64,000 bases of DNA, taken from NCBI RefSeq assembly GCF_006345805.1, contig NC_043007.1, positions 22,754,001 to 22,818,000 on the forward strand, written 5' to 3'. This document shows positions 37,001 to 49,299 of this stretch, piece after piece (the first letter of the stretch is position 1; each line of letters starts with the position of its first letter). The translations under genes were made by a program, and so were the position numbers. The notes below the pieces were generated by a model. It saw nothing but the letters and a program-made list of their open reading frames with translations, made no database searches and was not told the origin of the DNA. Origin of the DNA: Octopus sinensis (lineage: Eukaryota).

Positions 37001-37045
<45 letters not shown>

Positions 37046-37054
37046 ATGGATGTA

Positions 37055-37112
<58 letters not shown>

Positions 37113-37390
37113 TGTGTATGTATGTATGTGTGTGTGTGTGTGTTTGTGTGTCTGTGTTTCTGCCCCCACCCAACATCGCTTGACAACCGATGCTGGTGTG
37201 TTTACATCCCCGTAACTTAGCGGTTCGGCAAAACAGACCGAAACAATAAGTACTGGGCTTACAAAAGAATAAGTCCTGGGATCGATTTTTCTCGACTAAA
37301 GGCGGTGTTCCAGCATGGCCACAGTCAAATGACTGAAACAAGTAAAAGAGAGAGTAAAAAGAGTAAATAGAGTAAATAGAGTAAATAGAC
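36826..37390 (+). mobile_element. SINE family A
   Basis: Head, long internal (TA)n, tail with AGAGTAAAT repeats. Confidence 0.85.
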
Positions 37391-37592
37391 AATTTATTTT
37401 AATTAATGAACTGAAGCGTTACATCATGCAATAAATGAATGAATAAATAAATAAAACCGTTTTCATCAGGTGAACACAGGTGAATAATAACGAGTAGAAT
37501 TTCTTAAAAAAAAAAAGAACATCGACCCAAATTCGGTCAGAGAGTGAAAAGTTTTTAGTAACAAGTTATAATGAGGACATTGAAATGTGTGA

Positions 37593-37663
37593 GCATCGGT
37601 GGTTCAGTGGTAGAATGCTCGCCTGCCACGCGGGCGGCCCGGGTTCGATTCCCGGCCGATGCA
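37593..37663 (+). tRNA. tRNA-Gly(GCC), copy 1
   Basis: 71 nt GCATCGG...CCGATGCA; acceptor stem, D arm (A box), anticodon arm CTCGC-CT-GCC-AC-GCGGG, T arm GGTTCGATTCC; T15 run 10 nt downstream. Confidence 0.97.
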
Positions 37664-37672
37664 CATTGATAA

Positions 37673-37687
37673 TTTTTTTTTTTTTTT
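37673..37687 (+). terminator. Pol III T-run terminator of tRNA-Gly copy 1
   Basis: T15 starting 10 nt after the tRNA. Confidence 0.8.
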
Positions 37688-37688
37688 A

Positions 37689-37807
37689 GCTTATAGTCAT
37701 ATCATGTTGAAAGTACCGGTTCTCGTCCGGTCACCGACGTTAAGCAACGTCGAGCTTAGTTAGTACTTAGATGGGTGACCGCTTGGGAGACCTGGGGCTG
37801 TAAGCGT
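37689..37807 (+). rRNA. 5S rRNA-like gene, full length (119 nt), diverged; gene or recent pseudogene
   Basis: Terminal helix GCTTATAGTC/GGCTGTAAGC; motifs GGTTCTCGTCCG, TAAGCAACGTCGAGC and box-C region GTTAGTACTTAGATGGGTGACCGCTTGGGA match metazoan 5S; no T-run after it. Confidence 0.85.
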
Positions 37808-37961
37808 AGGAGTGGCTGTGTGGTAAGTAACTTGCTTACAAACCATATGGTTCCCGGTTCAACATGGGCAAGTGTCTTCTACTATAGCCTCGGGCCGACC
37901 AAAGCCTTGTGAGTGGATTTGGAGTTAGGGTTAGGGAAACTGAAAGAAGCCCGTTGTATAG

Positions 37962-38004
<43 letters not shown>

Positions 38005-38215
38005 ATATATATGCGTGTGTATATATTTGTGTGTCTGTGTTTGTCCCCCAACATCGCTTGACAACCGATGCTGGTGTGTCGGCAAAAGAAACCGATAGAA
38101 TAAGTACTGGGCTTACAAAGAATAAGTCCCGGGGTCGATATGTTCGACTAAAGGCGGTGCTCCAGCATGGCCGCAGTCAAATGACTGAAACAAGTAAAAG
38201 AGTAAAGAGTAAAGA
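37808..38215 (+). mobile_element. SINE family A directly fused to the 5S 3' end
   Basis: AGGAGTGGCTGTGTGG starts 1 nt after the 5S. Confidence 0.85.
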
Positions 38216-38311
38216 AAATTAGAGCTTCTCAAGAAAAACACAGACCCAAATTCGGTCAGAGAGTGAAAAGTTTTTAGTATCAAGTTATAATGAGGACGTC
38301 AAAATGTGTAA

Positions 38312-38382
38312 GCATCGGTGGTTCAGTGGTAGAATGCTCGCCTGCCACGCGGGCGGCCCGGGTTCGATTCCCGGCCGATGCA
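38312..38382 (+). tRNA. tRNA-Gly(GCC), copy 2 (identical to copy 1)
   Basis: Same 71-nt sequence 719 bp downstream; T12 run follows. Confidence 0.97.
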
Positions 38383-38389
38383 CAAAGTG

Positions 38390-38401
38390 TTTTTTTTTTT
38401 T
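38390..38401 (+). terminator. Pol III T-run terminator of tRNA-Gly copy 2
   Basis: T12 starting 8 nt after the tRNA. Confidence 0.8.
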
Positions 38402-38402
38402 A

Positions 38403-38490
38403 GTTTACGGCTATATATGTTGAAAGCTACGTCGAGCCTAGTTAGTACTTAGATGCGTGACCGATTGGGAAACCTAGGTGCTGTAAGCGT
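38403..38490 (+). pseudogene. 5S rRNA pseudogene with about 31-nt internal deletion
   Basis: GTTTACGGC...TTGAAAG joined to CTACGTCGAGCCTAGTTAGTACTTAGATGCGTGACCGATTGGGAAACCTAGGTGCTGTAAGCGT; 88 nt versus 119 nt. Confidence 0.85.
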
Positions 38491-38505
38491 TACACTATAG
38501 GGGTA

Positions 38506-38915
38506 AGAGTGGCTGTGTGGTAAGCAGCTTGCTTACCAGCCACATGTTCCCGGTTCAGCCCTACTGCGTGGCACCTTGGGCAAGTATCTTCTACTATAGC
38601 CTCGGGCCGAACAAAGCCTTGTGAGTGGATTTGGTAAACGGAAACTGAAAGAAGCCCGTCGTATATATATGTAAATATATATATGTGTATGTATGTGTAT
38701 GTGTACATGTTTGTATGTCTGTGTTTGTCCCCCCCCCCCCCAACATCGCTTGACAACCGATGCTGGTGTGTTTACGTCCCCGTAACTTAGCGACCGATAG
38801 AATAAGTTCTAGGCTTACAAAGAATAAGTCCTGGGGGCGATTTGCTCGACTAGAGGGAGTGCTCCAGCATGGCCGCAGTGAAATGACTGAAACAAGTAAA
38901 AGAGTAAAAGTAAAA
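38506..38915 (+). mobile_element. SINE family A after the second 5S copy
   Basis: Head, core and tail. Confidence 0.85.
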
Positions 38916-39225
38916 GAGGACGTCAATCATGAAGGCAAACATCGCAAGTCATATGCAATGTTATTACAGGAAGAAATTCAAAACCTTACAGCTGTTTCTG
39001 GGATATCCCCGAGTATGGGATATTGCGTCATCAGAGACAAATAGGGAGGGAAATATGGAAAATGAGAATGGTATATATCAATAAGATAACAACATAGAGG
39101 ACGGGAGTAAAAGAATAAGATGGAAAGAGAGAAGAAAAAAAGAAGCATAAAAGTTACCCAGCGTTTAGATCACTTATGAACTATAAAAACCGCCATACTT
39201 TGTGTGTGTGTGCGTTGTGTGTGTG

Positions 39226-39266
<41 letters not shown>

Positions 39267-40311
39267 TATATATATATATAGATATATGTAGTATGTATGT
39301 ATGTATGTATGTATGTATAAATACACGTATATATATGTATTAGTTTTTCGTTGGGGCTGGCCAGATTGGAGCAATCTCAAGATTAATCAGCCGAAATTGC
39401 GAGGATGATCCGGTTCTTGACTGAAGATTAAAGGCTTCGAATGACCCGTCCGTGTTTTTGCATCGTCTATTTGGATGTTTTGCGTTCTTGTCCCATTTTG
39501 TATTTTTTATATATATCTATGTATATAGATATACATACACACACACATATATATACACATATATGTATATAAATACACGTATATATGTATGTATATATAT
39601 TGTATGTATGTATGTATATATATATATATAATATATTATATATATATATATATATACAACACACATTTATATATTATATTGTGTGTGTTTGTGTTTATGC
39701 TGGTCTTTTTATATAGATATGTATGTGAGTGTGTCTTTGTGTTTGCTTGCCCCACCACCACTGTTTGACAACCGGCGTTGGTTTGTTTCTGTTCACCTAA
39801 CTTGGTGTTTCGGCAAAAGAAACCGACATTAAAAAAAAAAAAAAATTTTTAAGTGGGGTGCGATTTGTTCGACTAAAAGCCTTCAATGAAGGGCCCAAGC
39901 TTGGCCTCAGCCCAATGACTGAATCTAGCAAAAGAAAAGGCATAATTATTGTTTCAAACAACATAGGCACAAAGCCAGAAATTTGTGCAGAAGAGAGCAG
40001 TTGATATCGACTCCATATTTTCGTCCTTCAGGGTTCGATCATATCGACACCAGACGGACGACATGTAAAGCTAATCTCCGCAGGATTTGAACTCAGAATA
40101 TAAAGAACCATGCTTAAATACCACAAGGCATTTATTCCGACATTCTAATGATTCTGTCAATCCGCCACCCTCATGCATAAATACATACATGCACACATAC
40201 ATACATACATACATACATACATACATACATACATACATACATACATACATACATACATACATACGTAATACGTATATACATGTTTGTTTCTCTCTCTCTC
40301 TCTCCCTCTCT

Positions 40312-40347
<36 letters not shown>

Positions 40348-40532
40348 CTATATATCTATCTATCTATCTATCTATCACTATCTATCTAACCAGCTAGCTA
40401 GCTATCAACACACATATATGTACATTCATACACTTTATGTATGGAGACACACACACACACTCACATGCACACACACACACACACACGCTTGTGTATTCAT
40501 ACATAAAAAATGAACTTTCATATCTATATATA

Positions 40533-40574
<42 letters not shown>

Positions 40575-40805
40575 TATATATATTATTTATGTATGTACGC
40601 ATAATATCTATATATATTGTGTGTGTGTGTTGCGCGCGCGCCTATATATCTATAAATATAAATTTATACATGTGCTATATATATAAAAATATAAATATAT
40701 ACATTTACATAGTATTATATACATACATATATACATACTCACATAAATATTACATACACGCATACACACTCACACACATGCACACACACACTTATATACA
40801 TATAC

Positions 40806-40836
<31 letters not shown>

Positions 40837-40860
40837 TGTATGTATGTATGTATGTATGTA

Positions 40861-40897
<37 letters not shown>

Positions 40898-42082
40898 ATC
40901 TATCTATCTATCTATCTATCTACCTATCTATCTATCTATATACATATATATATATTCATATACATATTTATATACGGTGGTAGTCTATATGTATGTGTGT
41001 GTTCCCACCCACGCATACATGTATAGGATGATACATCCAGCTGCATTCAGGTATCAACTAAGTGCAGGCTATGGGGGACGGAATCAACTGTCTTTATCTA
41101 ACTCCCTGCCACCCCAATGCAAGACAGTCTCCCTCTTCACAGAGTGAGATAACAAAGACGATGATTTATCAATCGGTGAGATAAAAGAAAGTCCGCCATC
41201 ATCGTTTCGCTAATATCTACATCCGTGGGAAAATTATATTTTCACTATATTTTCTCACGGTTCGGTTAATTATATTGAATGAAAATTGGGCTTTATTGAA
41301 TAGGCAACAGGGCTCAAAGAAAATTCAAATTAATGGGCTGTGGACTTAACGAATTTTCCCAGTGCAGTTGGAACAGTACGCAAAAGTATTCCAGTCAAGA
41401 TTTGGGAGTGCAATACTTTTAATCATTCGCATTATTGTTGAGCTCAATCATGAATAAATGTTTCTAATATAGTATAAAATTAGAAATTATGATGAGGTGG
41501 AAGATTTTTGTCGATTATTTCGTCCCCAGTATTCGAATAGTAATTTATTTAATCGTGGAGGCGCTTGGCTTAGAGGTTAGGGTGTCAGTAACATGATCGT
41601 AAGATTGTGGTTTCGATTCGTGGACCAGGCGACGCGTTGTGTTCTTGAGCAAGACACTTCATTTCACGTTGCTCCAGTCCACTCAGCTGGCAAAAATGAG
41701 TAACGCTACAATGGACGGGCCCATGAGCCTGGCTAGGCTTTAAGAAAAGGGCGCATTTGTGGAGGCGCAATGGCCCAGTGGTTAGAGCAGCGGACTCGCG
41801 GTCAAGGGATCGCGGGTTCGAGTCTCAGACCGAGCGATGTGTGTGTTTATGAGCGAAACACCAAAGCTCCACGCGGCTCCAGCAGAAGGTAATGGCGAAC
41901 TTCTGCTAATTATTTCGCCACAACTTTCTTTCACTATTTCCTCCTGCATCTATTATACGCCAATAAAACTGGGAAACCAGCCCATTATGAGCCAGGCATG
42001 GCTTGAGAAGGAACCAACAAAACACAAAACACATATATATAAGAGAACATAGTGTACGTACGCCGCTATATATATATATATA

Positions 42083-42127
<45 letters not shown>

Positions 42128-42128
<1 letters not shown>

Positions 42129-42428
42129 CAAAATGGGACAAGAACGCAAAACATCCAGAAGGCGATACAAAAAACACGGATGGGTCATTCGAAGCCTTTA
42201 ATCTTCAGTCAAGAACCGGATCATCCTCGCAATTCGGCTGATTAATCTTGATTGCTCCAATCTGACCAGCCCCAAGGAAAAACTAAGCTAAGAGCATTAG
42301 ATTCCTCGCAAATCAGCCGAAATTGCGAGGATGATCCGGTTCTTGACTGAAGATTAAAGGCTTCGAATGACCCGTCCGTGTTTTTTGTATCGTCTTCTGG
42401 ATGTTTTGCGTCCTTGTCCCATTTTGTA
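42128..42428. repeat. Inverted repeat element, about 116-bp arms (42128-42243 / 42311-42428), between (TA)n tracts
   Basis: 3 substitutions and 1 indel between arms; single-arm relatives at 39345-39510 and 57380-57455. Confidence 0.9.
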
Positions 42429-42812
42429 TTTATATATATATATATATATACAGGACTATCATAAAGTCTTGATGCATGAAAAATATTAATAATCTTGCTT
42501 TTTTTTTATCTTCTCCCACAGACCGAGTAGGAGTTCATCTAAAGAAGGAAGAACTGAACTGGGACTACTCAGTGCACGCGAGGGATGGTTACGTCAACAG
42601 ACAGCAGATGCTTCCACTGCACTTCATGTCAGTAGGACCCCGCCCCCAATACTGCCTTTCCCGCGGTGGGGAAGTTGGTTAAGAAATTTTTGGGTAGTGT
42701 TTTGGGCAAGCCCTGATCCAGACGACCATCTTTAAGGGACGAAACAAAAGAAGCTGTCATGGCTTGGCTGTCGTTCATTTTCGCCTATGTATTCAAACTT
42801 TACGGTTACCCT

Positions 42813-42849
<37 letters not shown>

Positions 42850-43149
42850 TACATACATACATACATACATACATACATACATACATACATACATACATAC
42901 GTACACATAAATTTCATTCTATGGGATGACCACAGTTGAGGGTAGTATTCCGGGTGGTTGAAGACAAATGTACCAGCAGTTTCCTGGTCCCTTCTTCTGA
43001 AAGTTTTCTCAATCCATCCGGCCATTCGCCAGTACATTGCCACATCTTTGTGATATGTACACCAAACAGGGTCTTCGTTGCTCATATCAATTCCCTGATC
43101 ACACACTGTATTTGATTCTGGGATTGCCAATCCTTTTGTTAGCACAAGC

Positions 43150-44960
43150 TGGCTAATAGCGGAAGGTTTGAAGTTTTCCTGCATTAAATGGCTTATTTTC
43201 TTCAGTCCATTTACATATGGCATCTATGCTTTTCTGTAAAAGATTACCGTCGAAAGGTTTCTTGATTGTTTTTCCTACTTTAGCATCGTCAGCATAGCTA
43301 GTAAGTGTTGGCTGAAGGCGGCGAGCTGGCAGAAACGTTAGCATACCGGGCGAAATGCGTAGCCGTATTTCGTCTGCCGCTGCGTTCTGAGTTCAAATTC
43401 CGCCGAGGTCGACTTTACCTTTCATCTTTTCGGGGTCGATAAATTAAGTACCAGTTACGCACTGGGGTCGATGTAATCGACTTAATCCGTTTGTCTGTCC
43501 TTGTTTGTCCCCTCTGTGTTTAGCCCCTTGTGGGTAGTAAAGAAATAGGTATTTCGTCTGCCGTTACGTTCTGAGTTCAAATTCCGCCGAGGTCGACTTT
43601 GCCTTTCATCCTTTCGGGGTCGATAAATTTAGCACCAGTTACGCACTGGGGTCGATGTAATCGACTTAATCCGTTTGTCTGTCCTTGTTTGTCCCCTCTG
43701 TGTTTAGCCCCTTGTGGGTAGTACAGAAATAGGTATTCCGTCTGTCTTTATGTTCTGAGTTCAAATTCTGCTGAGGTCGACTTTACCTTTCATCCCTTCG
43801 GGGTTGATAAATTTAGCACCAGTTACGCACTGGGGTCGATGTAATCGACTTAATCCGTTTGTCTGTCCTTGTTTGTCCTCTCTGTGTTTAGCTCCTTGTG
43901 GGTAGTAAAGAAATAATAAGTGAGGCTGTCTACGTAACTGATGGTATGTCCGAGAGAGGTACCATAAAGAGCAGTGGTCCTCATTACTCTGAAGTGCTCC
44001 ACTCACAATTACTGTCTCCCTACTGAGGGCCCTGTTGGTTGCAACATCTTGATATCTTGATATCGCGGGCTCAAATCTCAGACCGGGCAATGTGTGTGTT
44101 TATGAGCGAAACACCTAAGCTCCACGCGGCTCCATTAGAAGGTAATGGCGAACTTCTGCCGAGTCTTTCGCCATAAATTTCTCTGAATCTTTCCTCCTGC
44201 ATCTTGCAGCTCACCTGCGACGGACCGGCGTCCTGTCCAGGTGGGGAACCTATACGTTAAGGAAACCGGGAAACCGGCCCTTATGAGCCAGGCGTGGCTC
44301 GAGAACAAACAAACAAACAAACGTATGTATGTATGTATGTATGTATGTATGTATGTATGTATGTATGTATGTATGTATGTATGTATGTATGTATGTATGT
44401 ATGTATGTATGTATGTATGTATGTATGTATGTATGTATGTTGTATGTATGTGTGTGTGTGTGTGTGGTGTGTGTGTATGTGTGTGTGTGTGTATGGGTGT
44501 GTGTGTGCGTGCGTGCGTGCGTGCGTGTGTGTGTGTTGATTTTAAGAAGTCATGTAACCTTCCAGTTTTCCAATTACATTGTCCCTGTAGGTTGTGACAT
44601 ATCATCCCGTGATCGACCTTATCAAAAGCCTTTGCAAAATCGAGATACATCCACATTTGAGCGATTCATGAGTTTGTTTCAACACCCAGCCATAATGCTG
44701 CACAAGTTGTACAAGGTTGCATCGTCCTGAACGGAAGCCATGCTGGGTGTCAGGGAGCAAAGCATTATCTTCGAGGAACCTGATCAGCTCCCTCCTGGCA
44801 ATACGTTCCATGATTATTTCGTTTACATGAGAGGTTAGCGGGACAAGCCTATCATTTTTAGCACCCATTCTGCTACCTCCTTCATGGATAGGACATACAC
44901 CTTCCTTTAGTTTTCTGGAAATTAGTTCAAAAGTTCGATCACCAGCTTCCCTCCACCACT
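43150..44960 (-). mobile_element. Decayed CR1-type LINE reverse transcriptase split by nested SINEs and microsatellites
   Basis: In order on the minus strand: LTSHVNEIIMERI..QHGFRSGR, YLDFAKAFDKVDH, VATNRALSRETVIVSG, SYADDAKV..LQKSIDAICKW. Confidence 0.8.
43317..43915 (+). mobile_element. SINE family B trimer: headed unit plus two 184-bp headless units
   Basis: Units 43317-43547, 43548-43731, 43732-43915; junction AGAAATA|GGTATT. Confidence 0.9.
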
Positions 44961-44974
44961 CACTGTATATCTTC

Positions 44975-45510
44975 TTGTTCGTTTTCTCTCTTCCTTCTTC
45001 TCTCTCTCTTTTCTCTCTCTTCTTCTTCTTCTTCTTCTTCCTTCCTCTTCTTCTTCTTCCTTCTCTTCTCTTCTTCTTCTTCTTCTTCTTCTTTCTTCTT
45101 CTTCTTCTCTTCTTCTTCTTCTTTCTTCTTCTTCTTCTTCTTCTTCTTCTTTCTTCTTCTTCTTCTTCTTCTTCTTCCTTGTTGATGTTGTTGTTGGTGG
45201 TGTTGTTGTTCTTCTTCACTACCACTACCATCGCCACCACCATCGCCACCACCACCACCACCACCATCAGCATCATCATCATCACATCATCATCATCATC
45301 ATCATCCTCATCATCATCATCATCCTCATCATCATCATCATCATCATCATCCTCATCCCCATCATCTTCCTCCTCCTCCTCCTCCTCCTCCTCCTCCTCA
45401 TCATCATCATCATCATCATTTTCTTCCTACTGTCTTCGTCAAATTTTTCTTCTTCTTCTTCTTCTTCTTCTTCTTCTTCTTCTTCTTCTTCATCATCTTC
45501 TTCTCCTCCG
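44975..45510 (+). repeat. (TTC)n/(CAT)n/(CCT)n compound microsatellite
   Basis: Direct reading. Confidence 0.9.
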
Positions 45511-46350
45511 CCCCCGCCCCTGTCACTTACTGGTGCTGTTGCTATTGTGATTTGTGACGTTGATAAATCATGAAAGACAGTGTTAGTGAGTGCGCGTGTG
45601 TGAGGGACAGAAACAAAGAGAGAGAGAGAGAGAGCGAGAGAAAGAGAGAGAGAGTGAGGGGGAGACGGGATAACGAGAAAGGGAGAAAGAGTGAAGAAGT
45701 GAGACAGAGAGAGAGACAGAGAGAGAGAGAGATGGGGGTGGGGGAAAGAGTAATGAATGGCAAGAGCGGAAAAGAGGAGTTGATAAGGCGTAAGAGATAT
45801 AGGGGAAGGGCTGAAATGGCTTGTGTACATGGGTGTTGTTTGTGGTGGTGTTGGTGGCGGCGAAGGGGATGGAAATAGGGGTGCGGGAGCGGGTGCTGAA
45901 CACCCCTTTCTCTCGCAGCCTCTTTCCGGCTCAGTCTGTCGACGGTTGTCGGGCTGAACCGCAAGCGCACCAACCCTTACTCCCACAGCAGCGTATTGCA
46001 ATTAGGCAGACGACCCAACTAGGGAGCCTCTAAGCGGTCGCCCAGATCTGCTAAAAACAATAGCCAATTAACCCTCCTCAAGTTATACTCATTCTTCTCG
46101 GGAAAGAAAATGCATACTGGATAAACTAGTCCTAAATTATCCCCGACAAGACGAGATGGTTATGGTTGGAAAGCCTTCGATGCTTGGTTAATTCACTGAG
46201 AGTCCACCCTCGGCTGAACATTACCAACAATAATACACATTACTTTTGAGCCCAACACAGCCCTGGATACAGTTGGCATGTTTCATCATTTTGGTGTCCT
46301 CTTGTGGTGGTGTTAGCGGATCAAACCTCAGTTACTCTCACCATCCGCCA

Positions 46351-46459
<109 letters not shown>

Positions 46460-47639
46460 GACTGTCTGTCTATCTATCTAATCAATCTATTTATCTATCT
46501 ATCTATCGATCGATCGACCTCCCCCAGCCTCTGTCTATCTGTCTGTCTGTTTCTCTCTCTCCACACATACACAGATACATACTTACATACATACATACGC
46601 ACACACACACATACATACATACATACATACATACATACATACATACATACATACATACACACATACATACATACATACATACATACATACACACACACAA
46701 TACATACATACATACATACATACATACATACACACACACACATACATACATACATACATACATACATACATACATACATACACACAATACACACACATTT
46801 CATAGCGTATCTCTTGATCAAAAGCATAACTATTTAATAGTCGTCCACGCGAAAAGATTTTGTGAAGATAAAAACTATTCACCAGCCACATTTCATTTGT
46901 AAGACCGAGATCTGCTCCTAAGGTCCTCTACCTGCAAGATTCCCGCTATTACAATCCATAGGTGTAGTAGGGATCTCTAGTAACAATAGAAAAAAAACTC
47001 AAAAAAAAAACAGGGAGTGACAAGTCTCACTTATTCTTTCGTGTCAAAGCGTGCAGAAGATAAAAAAAAACATACACACAAAAAGAAACACATTTTCTCA
47101 AGCAAGAATAACAAGATTTTGGTTTATGTAAAAATACAATTTAAAAGCTCTGTTTTAACCTGAATCTTGTAACAATAGGATGGAGACAAAGGAACTGATA
47201 AAGGAACCCATTAAAGACGGCATCATCGATTCGTTAGAAACGAAACACTAATAACAAACACGGATGTTCAATACCTGAAGCACCCTAAATCAGTGACAGC
47301 TTAACTTTTGAATTGACACCTGTCTCCCCTGGTAACCCCACAGGAGGCAAGGTGGGGTAGTACTTGTTAGAGGTTGATGAAAAAGATAAGGAAAACTGCT
47401 ACAGGCACACAGGCACAATCTACCCACCTGCACGGAGCTACCTACCTGTTGTTTGACTCAATTAATTGTTTGCAAGGCTTTTCGGATTCTGGATACTTTG
47501 TTTCATTATCGACGTGTTGGACCCTAATTATACTCCCGCTTCGATAGGGCTGAAGTGAAAAGGGCTGAGTGAGGTAAGTGAGATTTAATAAAAGAAAATT
47601 TTTTTTTTTTATATATCTATGTATGTAGTTTGGTAGTAT

Positions 47640-48010
47640 TGGCGGTATTTCATCTGCCGCTACGTTCTGAGTTCAAATTCCGCCGTGGTCGACTTTGCCT
47701 TTTATCCTTTCGGGGTCGATAAATTAAGTACCAGTTATGCACTGGTCCGATATAATCGACTTAATTCGTTTGTCTGTCCTTGTTTGTCCTCTCTGTGTTT
47801 AGCCCCTTGTGGGTAGTAAAGAAATAGGTATTTCATCTGTCGCTACGTTCTGAGTTCAAATTCCGCCGAGGTCGACTTTGCCTTTCATCCTTTCGGGGTC
47901 GATTAAATAAGTACCAGTTACGCACTGGAGTCGACATAATCGACTTAATCCGTTTGTCTGTTCTTATTTGTCCCCTCAATGTTTATCCCCTTGTGGGCAA
48001 TAAAGAAATA
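47640..48010 (+). mobile_element. SINE family B dimer
   Basis: Two units joined at GAAATA|GGTATT. Confidence 0.8.
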
Positions 48011-48266
48011 AGAATCGACAGAACGCCGGAAAAAATGCCTGTTTATGGGGAGGGGTATTTTATTTTTAAAGTTTTTAGCTGAAATTTTTACAAAAATTTT
48101 TTGAATTTTTTTTCAGAATCATAATCTCCGTATTTTCCCGCATATCAGAAAAAAAATTTCTGAAAAAAGTAAAAAATGAACAATTTAGTGAGTAGGGGAA
48201 AATTTTAAAATGTCGATTTTTGGCATTTCTCCGGAATCTCCGTAGCCGAAAACGTGGGTTTTTAGC

Positions 48267-48299
<33 letters not shown>

Positions 48300-48859
48300 G
48301 GAGATATTGGGGGGTGGGGGACGGGCGGAAGTCTTTCCGGATTATTATACAAACTTAAATAAATTTAGGTTTCAGTCAGTGGGCCAGCTCATCTCAAACT
48401 TAAAGTGCCACTTGAGGTATGTGTTTGTTTATCTCTCTTCCTTCCTCCACGTGTGCGCGTGCATGTGTGTGTGTGTGTGTGTGTGTGTGCCATCATTTTA
48501 TCAATGAAGACGATATTGATTCATAAAGCCTCCCGTGCTCGAACACATGTAAATAGTACTCACGCGTGCATTCACAGAAGCATACACTCTAGCACTTACA
48601 AACAAACGCATACTCAAATTCATGACAATATAGATACGCATTCATACATACCAACTAAACCTACAGGTATCTTAATTAATCAAGAAATTCTAATAAATTA
48701 AAATTGCATCTTTAAATAAGAACAGTCATGGTTTAAATACTCGCGCGGTGGGGCGAGGAGTCTGATCTTTAGCAACAGTTTAAAGACAAATCTGGACATG
48801 TTTCCGTCTTATTAGACTTCCTCAGCGATTTGGTAGACGGAAACTGAAAGAAGCCCATC

Positions 48860-48907
<48 letters not shown>

Positions 48908-49299
48908 TACATACATACACACATACATACATACATACATACATACATACATACATACATACATACATGCATGCATGTATGATACATACGTTCATATGTG
49001 TGTGTGTGTGTGTGTTTGTCCCCCCAACATCGCTTGACAACCGATGCTGGTGTGTTTACGTCCCCGTCACTTAGCGGTTCGACAAGACAGTCCGATAGAA
49101 TAAGTACTAGGGTCGATTTGCCACCACCACAACCGCACCACCACCACCATCTCCATTTCCAGCGACTTCGAGGGCCACCACCTCCCAGTGGTGTCGGGTG
49201 TCAACGAAGAGCCCTACAACAAGACGACCAAAGATTTTTTTTTCCCCAAAGTCTGGGGTCTCACGCCGAAGCCCTAGAGCATCACTTAATCACCCTTAC

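Larger units (their letters stand above)
37524..38915 (+). repeat. Tandem duplication of a 719-bp unit [upstream flank - tRNA-Gly - T run - 5S - SINE]
   Basis: Shared flank GACCCAAATTCGGTCAGAGAGTGAAAAGTTTTTAGTA at 37524 and 38243; tRNA starts also 719 bp apart. Confidence 0.9.

Noticed and set aside
42355-42385. CTGAAGA...GAA in the 42-kb inverted repeat as a hammerhead
   Set aside because: No GAAA, no stem II pairing, no stem I
43317-43915. Regularly spaced repeats suggestive of a CRISPR array
   Set aside because: Whole 184-bp units repeat with no unique spacers; eukaryotic SINE multimer
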